From Eutreptiella sp. 'Long Island Sound 2002' (lineage: Eukaryota; Protista; Euglenida): a stretch of DNA of 64,000 nucleotides. The DNA is taken from the NCBI GenBank assembly GCA_964036045.1, contig OZ038378.1, positions 193,192,001 to 193,256,000 on the forward strand, in the 5' to 3' direction. Under the pieces are notes generated by a model. It searched no databases. It was not told the origin of the DNA and saw only the letters and a list, made by a program, of their open reading frames with translations. A program made the translations under genes and the position numbers. The number at the start of each line of letters is the position of its first letter. Position 1 is the stretch's first letter. Of the stretch, positions 1-18,236 are shown in pieces.

Positions 1-1661
1 CAGGCGGCAACAGAGCGCCAGCCACCAACGGGAAAGCTCATAAGGCCGGGGGCAGCGTCTCGAATCCAGGAAAGGTACCTCACAAAAGATCAGTATCGCG
101 CAGCATGTGGATTCGAGTGTATGTAGAATGTGGACCAGGTGCACGTGCTTCATGTGGAACGGGATGAAGACATATTGTTGCGTCAAGGTGTCGACGGTGG
201 AATTCCTGCACAAGTACATGGGTACAGCCCACAGTAAAACAATGCCAACAGCGCAATCCAATTGGGTCTGTATCGGGGGGGAATGATTCCATTTGGGCTC
301 GCTGGGGGCCGCGTGGTACCGCCAGCGTCGAGTGCAATATCTTGTGTATGATCTCCTTTTGTCGATGGAGGTCATTGAAGGAGGGGGCTGGAGTGTGGTC
401 CCTCGGATGCTCTCTTCTGGTGGGGTGTTGCTTGAGCTTATGGGGGGTAGGGCATAAGGGAGAGGCTGGTGATCCACCCCCAGTACACCCACGAGCATAT
501 TTTCAAAACCGCATAGACATGTCCGCCTGGCTGACCAACATTGTGGACGGGACCTCCAAATTGATTTAGTAATGCACATGCTGAAAGCGATGAAACAATG
601 TAGATACTGACGAAATAATGTGCACATTGGCTAAGAAACGGGGACAACTAAGAAGTGTGGACATTGGTAAAATGGCGATTTCTGCGTTGCCTAGTCAATG
701 CCCACATCAGTAATCCAATGTCTATCTACATTTCGTCAATTACTACATCATATAGCCAATGGCTAGATAATTCTGCCAATTCATTGAGCAGATGCCCATA
801 TTGTTTGTTCAATGCCCGCACCCCTTGACCTATGCAAATGGCAAACCGTGTCGCACGCTCCATACTTTGCACTCACTTCGACTCGTACAGGGTCTTGCAG
901 CGATGCCTTTTGCAGTTTGTCCACCTGCAGGTGTTAGCGGGTGGTTTGCTTGAGGCAGGCCGATGTGTGCGCGCAGAAAATAGGTTGAGGGGGGCTCCAG
1001 CATGCCTTTGGCAATAGCAAAGCAGTCCAGAGGTTGGGCTCCAGCTACAAAGCGATTGCTGGAGGTTCGAGAAAAGGCGTTGCACTGCATGCTTGCCTCT
1101 CATCCTCCATGGTGCCAGATCGAGTGGATGTCTTTCATCGGTTGGCCGGTCGACACATGCCTAGCCGCCCATCCACATTGCATCCGGCTGCTGATACTCA
1201 CCGCACCATACCACACTTCACCATACCTGACCGCACCTGTTTCTCTGGAAACCCGGAAGCCCGGAAACCCGGAAACAAAAAGACTTGCCTACACCACACC
1301 GGAGAGAGTGTCGAGGGACAGCACGCTGGCCCCCAACACCAGCACGCCCCCTTCGGACACCAGAATGCAGGATTATTTTCTATGGTCCACACCCAGCATC
1401 ACCTGGAGTCCATTTACAGGGATTTGGGGTCAGACATGGCCATCTGACCCCGGGGAGGAACCCGCAAAAGGTCCGACAAGTTGTAACAGGTTTTTGAAGT
1501 GTTGGAACGAAAACTGTTGGGGTTCCTGTTGCATTACCACAGGGCAGATAGCAACTTGACTGTTGCTGCTGTACCAATGATCTGCCTGCTCTTCTATGAT
1601 TGTGTGCCATTGTTCCGGCGCTATTGTCCTTTCCCTTTACGAAAGGCCAAAAGCTAGGGGC

Positions 1662-1830
1662 GGTTGTTGAGGGTTGTTGAGGGTTGGTAAGGGTTGTGGA
1701 GGGTTGTGGACAGCTGTGAAGGGTTGTGGAGGGTTGCTAGGGGTTGTTGGGTGTTGTTGAGGGTTGTTAAGGGTTGTTGGGGGTTAGTGAGGGTTGGTGA
1801 GGGTTGTTAAGGGTTGTGGAGGGTTGTAGG
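1662..1830. repeat. Degenerate 10-bp minisatellite (GAGGGTTGTT-like)
   Basis: About 16 imperfect tandem units such as gggttgttga, gggttggtaa, gggttgtgga; looser copies continue to about 2100. Confidence 0.85.
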
Positions 1831-2418
1831 GGTCACTGAGAACTGCTGAAGATGGTGGAGATTTACCGAAGGTTGATGCAAGCTTTTGAGGGTACTGAGA
1901 GTTCTTAGGATTTGCTGAGGATTACTGCCCTGGATGCTTGTTGAGATTGTTGGGGTTGAAGACTGACAAATTCAGATGGGGTTGTTGAGTTTTGGTGGAG
2001 GTTGGTCGTTGTTGTTGTTGGGGGGGGGGGATTGCCCTGGCTGCTCAGGTTTGCGAGTAATATTGTCGAGGGTTGTCGAGGGCTGTTCAGGACTGGTATG
2101 GGTTGTCCAATGTAATTTCTCCATTTGTAGACATAGGGACACTTCACCTGGCTCACAACCCTGGCTCACAAACCAGCCGCACCCTCGTTACGCTGGTAGG
2201 CATTGAAGCACTCAAAGCTGGCCAGTTCGTGCCCTCGTCTAATAGTATCACTGAAAGTGCACTGGCTGCAACGCTCATAAAATGGCCGTGCACCCCCCCC
2301 TCCTCCCCTCGAACCCCATTCTCCCACCTCCCATTCAGCCTTCACCCGACAGATTTGGTCCACTCCAACCCTCCCCATTCCTTACCCAGGCTCTGCAGAC
2401 CCATTTTGGAATGGACAC

Positions 2419-9794
<7,376 letters not shown>

Positions 9795-12700
9795 CTACGG
9801 AGAAGAGACAAAATTGTTAGTTGGAGGGGGGGGCAACATAAAGACAGGCGAAGAAAGTGCACGGCGATCAACTCCACAACCTCACGTTTCATCGTTCTTA
9901 CCCTGTCCTCCATGTCTAAAAAAGTAGCACCATTGCGCGTACCGTAAGCCCGTGCTCTAAAGAGGCGCACCCACCAAATCCACGAGACGATTGAAAAAAC
10001 GTTTTATAAGGAGCACATGACACACAGACACACTCCGCGGCTATAACTTGACGGCCGCCTCTTCTTGTGGTTTGTATTATGCATTACTCAACTCTTGCGC
10101 TCTCCGCTCCGCCACATCTCGTGCCTACAGGGTTGCTCCCACATGGCCTTGTTTGTTAGTCACCCAGATTGTGTGGCCGATCGCGTGGTCGTCATCTTCA
10201 AGGGGTGTTGGACTAGGCCATACAAACCAACAGAAGAATCCCGTTGGCACAACTGCCTTCCCGAAGGCTGCAACTAACCCCCTCACTCCCCGCCCATTAG
10301 CCTCACAAAGGGCCACGAAGAACCAAAACCAAACGTCACAAGAAAGAGCGCCCCTGAATACAAGAGGTTAAGAAATTCCGGACGCCTTGAACGCGAAAAA
10401 AGCAACACACTATTGCCGACAACAATCCTAACCATGGCGAGCCGCGGCTACATGCTTTTGACCGCCCCTCCCCCGTTATGGCGAGCCGTAGCGACGTGAA
10501 TACGGTTGGATAGGACTAGCCACTCGTGTGGGCAACCGCCGAAAACCGCCGGCCGGGTGGCTAGAGTAGGCCAAACCTAGCCATAGCGAGCCGACCGGTT
10601 GGTTGCGTGGCTAGCCTAGCTAGACAGCCCCCCTCCTCCACCTCCACCCGCCCCAAGTGGCCAAAGCGGAGAGTGCTTTCACACCACATCGTTGTGGTCG
10701 GCATTTTCAGTGCAAGGCCACTATTGGGAGTGGAGGCACTCAACGAGGAAGTGCAACGTGGTCCCTTCCACCATATTTTCTCACACCTACGGGTGGGTTC
10801 GAGTTGATGGCATGGACACTAGATTGGGAGCGCCTCACCGCAGTGTTGCATTCCACATACCAATGCCTGCAAAGGACCCGTGGGCCTCGGTTTCTTCTTC
10901 GGGCGCAAGCGACATGGTGAGTCCGCAACAATGAGTACACTATAATCACCGGACGGTAAAATCCATCTCTCCCTTCGCCAAGCTAAACGGGCACGCTTCC
11001 CGACGAAACAACCCACCACCCTCCTCATGAGATAACCCTAGCGTTGCAAAATACAAACGGAATTCTTCATGCGGTTTGTACGATGTGGCAAAAAGAATTC
11101 ACGACGAAATAGTCTAGCATGGCAAATGTGTGTGCGCGATGAATGGCGATGAAGCAAGATCACTTTTCATCTTGGATCCTACATGCGACACAACGCAAAG
11201 CAAACAAAAGCAAAGACCTCAACATCTCATGGTCACCTATCGATGGAGGGTACAAGCCCTAGATGTTTCCAAAATGCCGCGCGACACCGCGGGTGGCGAT
11301 GATCCCTCGAAACCCCAACCAACCAATGTCATGTTACTCATGTTTCCATCGAGGCCATTCTTTGAGGCACATGAGAGGTTGATGTCCATCTTGGCTGAGG
11401 TTTCTTGCCTTGGCCTTTCCTTCCTTCGTGTGTACGAATCATCAAGGGAGGCGGGAAACACCACAATTGGTGTTTCCCTCGGTTTTCCACCATGCACCAC
11501 ACATATCGTCCAGGATTCGATTTTTCATGCATAGATGCTGTAGCTTTTTGCAAGAGTGCATGCATGTGTGTAAGGAGCTCAGCAAACGCAATTTGCTTCC
11601 TTCGACGCATGGTTGTCTGCTCGTTAGCGTCGCGCTAATGACCTTGACCTACTTGCAACCAAAAACATGTGGGAGTCTTGCTCATTCGTGGGCAAAATGC
11701 TCGCATGCCACAAGATGGATGCTTGCACATTTCAATACGCGGCCAAATTGTCAATGCAGGCCGCCGCACAAAACGATGAAGCCTTTTCTTCCCGACGTCG
11801 AAACCACATACGGGTGCAATTCGGACACAGTAGATAAAGATGGCACACACTCGTCACTGAGGCCAGCAACGAAGCAACAAAATAGAATGGCTTACCATAA
11901 CCGACTGTGCAGCACATGTGAGGCACATGGTGCATCGGCTTACTTCGCAACTATACGGTTGCGCCTCTCCCGCGTGTCTTTGTTCTAACCGAATTTTACC
12001 GGACGATGGGACTGAGGAAGACCAAGCAAGCAAGGAGAGGCACACGTTGGATGGCAAATCCGCGGCATAGGCACGACATGGAAATGGAGGCCATAAACAC
12101 ATTGCAAACGCAAATGCAATAGTTTTTTGGGTTGCCAAGCGATGTACGTAGTGTTCCCCCCTTGGTCATCTCACCATGGTCGCCCTGTTTGCAATCTCTG
12201 TGCAATCCCTGCGCACAACAACGCCCCTACATAGCCCTCACAGCGTGAGGGCCCATCTTAGCAGAAATTGCATGAGGGGAACGACGCTGCGGCCGCGGCC
12301 AAAGGCCAGATTTGGTGTGTAGCAGCAAACGCAACCACACACATGTGGAGAGACAAGGGGGCACAGAACACGGAAACGTGACAAGTGCCTCCATAGCGGC
12401 ACCGCGTGGTCTACCTTTGACTTAAGTCGGAGACGAAGCCGGGCAGGATTTCAGGGTTCCACGGAGAAGAAGACTTGGTGACACTTTGTGCCTACCTTCA
12501 GCCCCTCCAAAGATCGGGCCGCCATTCCGAGTGCGCCGAGACCACCCGCAACCCCCCTCTTTGTGGTTCCCACCCCTCGATTTTGCCAAAAGGAATGCCT
12601 TGACCCCATACCAGTGCCCACTAGGACGCGCAACACTAGTGCAAGCTGCAAGAAACAGGACCAAAGCCGAAAAACGCCCATGCTCAACACGTGCGACCTG

Positions 12701-13789
12701 CCTTCGCGATTTACCCTCACACAGGCTGTTACCTCGAACTGCTTCAAGAATTACTGGAATTATGAGTGATTTGGAGATGAATGCTGCTTCTATCTGGACA
12801 GATTTGTTTTCTGGTGACCAGAACACGCTTGACGCCGCATGGGCCCTTTTCATGCACAATTTGCTGTGGTGCTCGCCTCGCCTCAAGAACTGCGGGATTC
12901 AATTTTAGAAGGCGGCGGTCGCTGCCAAGGTTCTGGGTATGGCCAAGACAATTTTTGTCGGTTAATTTACGACTTCACTAAGGTGGCAATTTTGGCCACC
13001 AATTTTGCTGACTACCGAGACGTGGCATCGGGAATAGATTTTTGCTTTCTATATTCATGGATCCTTTTAGAACGATCCGAGGCATACGCAAAAAGGCGCT
13101 GTAAAATTTCGGAATTCGACAACTCACAAGGGGGTTGAGAATTCGTTAGAGAATTATCCAAAAGTGCAATAAGGCGCAAAATGCAGAGAGAGGCGGACTC
13201 CCAACTCCTATGGACTCGTTCCACGGGAACAGTAGCGTCACGGCGGTGGTTGTTAATGGCCGCTTCGCGTTCTATACCCTCAAAATAAGGCAAATCCTTT
13301 AACAATTTGGAGCGCTCAAACTACTCCAATTGAGTAGTCATGTTCTTCATAATATGAGACAAGGAAGGGCTCAATGGAAGAAGCGCTTCCGTCCAAGGCA
13401 AATCCATAGTGAACTCCTCATGATCTTCGGAACGTTTCTCCAAGGCCTCGCACAATTGAAAAGCCGCGGACTTCGGGTCACCACTCAAATCTTTAGGAAT
13501 ACTCCCGGCCGCCAAAATTAAGGCCAACCCAACCAAAACCACGTTGGCGAAACAGAATCAATTTGTCAATAAGCTAAGCTCTTCTTCCGTCTTGTGCCTC
13601 TCCTTCCCCTTCTCCTCTTCCCTTGGTATGTTCATTTCAGGGAGTAGTCGATGTGCTCAGCGTGCAAAATGAGTTAAGCAAGCGGTGTTCCAAACCAAAA
13701 GCACATCTTCGCTAGTTGTCCCCTTTTTCCTTGCTTGGTTTTGTCCCTCTACCACCGGCCCGTGCACGTCGCATCCTTTTCTTACAGCC

Positions 13790-13994
13790 ATGACAAAGGG
13801 TGACCCATCCATTTTGTTGCAAGCTCCATATCAAAACCTCGTCATGCACGTCATCACGACTGGAACCGTCGTTGGCGCCGTGGTGGGAATCGGAACAAGC
13901 CCACTAAGACCTTTCCGAGGTCTTCGTCGGGGAGTTTTTTGGGGGGTTACGGGATCTTTGGCAATCTTAGTGGGAAAGACCTTTTACTTCGACA
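13790..13994 (+). CDS. Putative first exon of a small membrane protein (MTKGDPSILLQAPYQNLVMHVITTGTVVGAVVGIG...GVFWGVTGSLAILVGKTFYFD)
   Basis: Pyrimidine tract plus CAG two nt before the ATG, resembling a trans-splice acceptor; two Gly-rich hydrophobic helices; consensus GTAAGT donor at 13995. Downstream exons could not be joined. Confidence 0.35.
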
Positions 13995-14486
13995 GTAAGT
14001 GCTTATTGAAGGCGTCAAAACGCCTTGGATCAAGTACATCTCGAGCCTTTCAAGATCCCTCCTATCACTTCTACACAAAGTTATGATGTCCATGTGCAAG
14101 TCATGGCACATTCCCTGCTATGTACAGCCGTGAAGAAAAATTGAAACACTTTTCAATAACGCAAAGCTATGAAGTGAGCAGAAGAAAGAACAAGGTGAAG
14201 CTTGCCAACAAGGGCCCTTTCCTCACTATGGTCCTGCCCGGATGCTGTTACCGCCGCCTTCTCAATGACATCGCAAACACTTCAGATTTGCAAACAATTA
14301 TGTATGTAGCTGTACAACGACGTGTGGCATCAAAGGGTTGGACGCGCTACGCAGGTGAGTGGTGATCGGTGATCAAACAGCATGCACAAGAACTGCATAC
14401 ATCTCTCTCAGAGCGGCATGTCAAAGCGTTAGGTGAATGATGGGCTTGGCTTTTTGGAATGTCCAATGGGTGGACGACACGTGCTC

Positions 14487-14905
14487 TTCCACTTGGCGCC
14501 TTTTGCAAATATGTTCTCTTGCTGCTATGACAAAGTTGGTGATCGACTACATTTGACCGTGCCGTTGCCTATGACCCCGAGCCTAACCCATAACCAATAG
14601 TAAACCATCACTTGGCCAACCATAACCAGAACGCGAAGGGCAAGTAAAATATTGCGGCCCGAATTACCACTAAGATTGGTGAGCAATTAAACGACGGTTG
14701 GAGAGATGGTTCCACTTGGCGCCTTTTGCAAATATGTTCTCTTGCTACTATGGCTACAATTTAATAGTTGGTGATCGACGACACTTGACCATGCCGTTGG
14801 CTGTGGCCCCGAGCCCAACTCATAACCAATAGGAGAACCATCGCTTGGTCAACCATAACCGGAACACGAAGGGCAAGTAAAATATTGCGGCCCGAATTAC
14901 CGCTG
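14487..14905 (-). pseudogene. Diverged tandem duplication (period about 230 bp) of a decayed hydrophobic coding sequence
   Basis: CCACTTGGCGCCTTTTGCAAATATGTTCTCTTGCT and GAAGGGCAAGTAAAATATTGCGGCCCGAATTACC each occur twice. Minus-strand translation gives CSPITAVIRAAIFYLPFVFRLWL and CSPILVVIRAAIFYLPFAFWLWL, with stops nearby. Confidence 0.5.
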
Positions 14906-16976
14906 TGATTGGCGAGCAATCAAACCACGGTTGGAGAGATGGGCACAAAGACAAGCACACGATAATTAAGCCCACCATACCCCACGCAAGTCCAATGCAG
15001 TGGATGTCATTTACGGCACATGGCTCTTTTTCGTATCTTTGTGCCCCCAAAGGGAGACGAGCGATCGTGTCCGAAATAGCGCTTTATGGATGGAAATCGG
15101 ATACTTTTTCCGAGCTGCCAAAGGAGGCCTATCCATGTTGCGGATTTAACCATTTGACCGCTTAATCGCCCTGGCCTAACCACTTTTACCAGCACCACCT
15201 TCCATCTTGGCCCACTTGTTTGCGCTTGACCTTTGGGCCTGACTACTTGCTCATCACTTTTGATGATGGCCACGATCGACGATGAGAACCCGATTATGCT
15301 ATGGTGTCTTACCGAACGCATACAAGCTTGCATTGTCGGATTGGGTGAGGAGCGAGGTTATTAGACTTGATTTTTTCCCACACATTGGAAATGGTTCCCT
15401 TTGTTCTCCGCGCAAGTGCAGGCACGCTTAACACATCATGGATGCAGAGCAACTAGTGCGGATGAAGGATGAAGTTGCTTGAACACGCCCACATGTAGCA
15501 GGCACTGAAATTTGCACGTGGAGCAAGAAGCGAAAACACACTGCGTCTTAGGCACTCCCAATTTGATCCCCATCTCCCTAAAAAAGCCTTTTGAGGGTTT
15601 GTGGGGGGGGGGGGGTTTGGCATGACGCCATGGGGGGGGGGGATGATTCACCGTTGACTGAGTGGGTGGAATTCTACGGATGAGAAACGTAATGACCCCA
15701 TTTTATCTTCCCTTCAACATTTCTTCTATTGTGATCAATGGTTGCTCAAGATGCATTGCGCCTCGGACGAAATATTTACCCAAACCACTATGTGTTGACC
15801 AAAGATTTCTTTGCTCGGAATGGGAAATGATTGTTGAATGGAGAGTGCAGCCAAGCACTCTTCATTCAACAAAGGGGTGAAACTACCAACCATCGAATCA
15901 GTGAAAATGAAGGTTTGGATCATCACTCAACCATGTTTTCTGGAGAGCATGCCGAAAGAGTGTGTTATAGTAGGGATTTGTCCCAGTCAAGTCCAAATGA
16001 TACTTGGAGTCGATCCCGATCATCAATTCGTGCCCAAACTTCGTTGATACACACGGGAGACAACTCCACAACATCCGTTTTGCTACGCGTGCATAGAATG
16101 ATGGGAACAAACCTCAAGCATCGCTAGTTGTTCGGATTTTTGGGACGTGTGCCGATTTGTGACGTGATACCGACAATCTGTTTGGCTGTTGAGAATTCTG
16201 GAGTTTTTCCCAACAACAAACACAGCATGGAGCGGTTGCAATCTACATACTCGTTAGCCAACTGCCGCAACAAGGGCTTTGCCTTGCCCTTTGCTTTCGA
16301 TACTTGGCCGTCTCTAGATTGCCGGCCCTCTTTGAATTGTTGTGACATGCGTCCTGAGATTGTGTGCGATTCTTCTTGTGTGTATCTCAACATGAAAACA
16401 CGTGTTCATCGCGGGTGGTATGGCTCCGGCGATTTTCTCCCCGTGGATTTGCGGTGCTCTGTCATGTAACAGCCTGTGAGTGTACCGGTTGAACATATTG
16501 TTCACACAGACACTTGGAAAATGTTCAAACAAGTGGACAATCCTATGTGAACATACCTGCCCAAATAGGCGGGTGATCCGGTTTGAACATATGCATTTTT
16601 GCAAAAAAAAAAAACTCATATTAAAAAATTATAGTGGGCATAAAAAGAATGGTTTGAACTTCATTAAACAAAATAGAAAACGCCAGGCGAAATTGTCTTG
16701 AAATTTTTCACACTTGTTTTTGTGATGTGATGACGTTGCACTAGGCATCCAAACGGAGGGGTGTGGACAGATCTAGGGCTACACGAGCACGAAGATGGGT
16801 GGGACACGAAGTATCACGGAATCCGCGCCTAAGTCGAGGACATAAGCGGTGCGCCATGCAAGCGAGTACCACCCAATGCTAGAGGCAAGCCTAAAAAATC
16901 TGGGGTTTCAATCCATCTGGAACCTCGTGTATCGCCTGTACGATAATCCACATGTGTTCAGCTTGAGATTATTCGC

Positions 16977-18236
16977 ATGGATCATTCTGTGATGCACTCT
17001 TCCTATGTCGCCGCTGGGTTCCCAACTCGAGTTGCTAACATCCAATCGAAGGTGCTAGTGCTTGTAGGATTAGGGTTTGGCTTCATCATTTGTGCAAGTG
17101 CCGTTGCAACTCCATCTCTCCACTTTGCACGGGTTGGTGGATTGCAGCGTTCCAACCCTTGGGCATCAACAAGGATCAACACCCCGAAGTCGGAAAAGTT
17201 GCTACACGAGTTGCAAGGCACTACAAGGAGCGGCGCAAATCCCCGATCGGCGGCAACCTTAGTCCCAAAACTACACGTTTCGGGGACTCCCGAAATGGCG
17301 GGAAATGATGCCCACTCCTTGTTTCATATTGTTGGATTGTCTTGTTTGGCGGTGGCATCCACCCTAGGAGCAATATGGAGCAGGCAGTGGAGGATGGCAA
17401 CCGTCAGCGGCGAGCAGTCTTTCGCACCGAACGTGGGCACCCCCATCGTCGACAGAGCTACGAAAGTGTTGCTATTGAAAGACCACGCAAACGGGGAAGA
17501 CCCCTACGAAGTGGAGCTCCAAAAGAAGGGATACGAACCGATATTCATTCCCGTACTCCGCTTCGAGATTCTCCATCCCGAGACACTTCCCACGTCCCTT
17601 TCTCAATACATGGCAAATCTGGCGGCGATGGTCATCACGAGCTCGCGGTCCTGCGAGAGTCTCAAGTGGGCGCTCTCGCAGGAGAGCGTCCAGGGCGTGA
17701 GGGAGGCTTTGCTGGAGAATTTTCCCGTTTTTGGTGTCGGGCCTAAAACCTGCAAAGCCCTCCGGGAATTGGGCTTCAAGAACGTGCAAGGGGATCACAC
17801 CGGCTCTGCGGCCGCCCTTGGGCCAGTCATCATCGAGTTCTGCCAGCAGTGCAGCCCCTCCACGGTCCTGTTCCTCAGGGGCGACAAAGCCCTCGACATC
17901 CTGCCGAATTTGTTCGCAGAAGCGGCGCTGCCATTTGAGTCCGTGGTCACGTACAACACCATCGAAGGGGCGTCCGAGGGCGCCCTGAAGCGGCTGGAGA
18001 AGGCGGGGCCGTTCTCCGCCAGCGATTGGGTGTGCCTGTTCAGTCCGTCCGGGGTCCGGTCACTGGCCAGTCTCCGGCAGGCGGTCCCCGGGTTCGCGGA
18101 GCTGAAAAAGTTCTCCATTGGGAAAACAACGTCGGGGGCCATTGAGAAGGAGCTGAATGAGACGGCGGAGGCGGTGGCGGCCTGCCCCACCGCGGTGTGC
18201 ATGGTTGAGGCGATTGCACTGCATGACGAAGCGTAG
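16977..18236 (+). CDS. hemD: Plastid-targeted uroporphyrinogen-III synthase (HemD/UROS), intronless, 419 aa
   Basis: Mature domain has VLLLK...DPYEVELQKKGYEPIFIPVL, VITSSRS, VFGVGPKT...LRELGF, VLFLRG, VTYNT, LFSPSGVRSL and SIGKTT, which are HemD motifs. The N-terminal ~140 aa has two hydrophobic segments flanking an S/T/R-rich stretch and ends in RQWRMATVSGE, matching the euglenophyte class I plastid presequence. Confidence 0.92.
   Translation: MDHSVMHSSYVAAGFPTRVANIQSKVLVLVGLGFGFIICASAVATPSLHFARVGGLQRSNPWASTRINTPKSEKLLHELQGTTRSGANPRSAATLVPKLHVSGTPEMAGNDAHSLFHIVGLSCLAVASTLGAIWSRQWRMATVSGEQSFAPNVGTPIVDRATKVLLLKDHANGEDPYEVELQKKGYEPIFIPVLRFEILHPETLPTSLSQYMANLAAMVITSSRSCESLKWALSQESVQGVREALLENFPVFGVGPKTCKALRELGFKNVQGDHTGSAAALGPVIIEFCQQCSPSTVLFLRGDKALDILPNLFAEAALPFESVVTYNTIEGASEGALKRLEKAGPFSASDWVCLFSPSGVRSLASLRQAVPGFAELKKFSIGKTTSGAIEKELNETAEAVAACPTAVCMVEAIALHDEA

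Noticed and set aside
1-1560. LINE 3' region or other coding remnant
   Set aside because: Interrupted frames with no diagnostic motif that I can recognise.
1662-1830. Interstitial telomeric repeat
   Set aside because: The period is 10 bp, not TTAGGG.
2166-2290. Next exon of the DEAD-box helicase
   Set aside because: No frame matches the expected post-SAT sequence or motifs IV-VI.
10393-10408. SL-like GTGTTGCTTTTTTCG on the minus strand upstream of the helicase
   Set aside because: Too many mismatches and about 470 bp from the coding start.
16962-16976. Eroded SL relic before hemD (TTGAGATTATTCGC-ATG)
   Set aside because: Only fragmentary similarity; equally explained as a normal acceptor plus short UTR.
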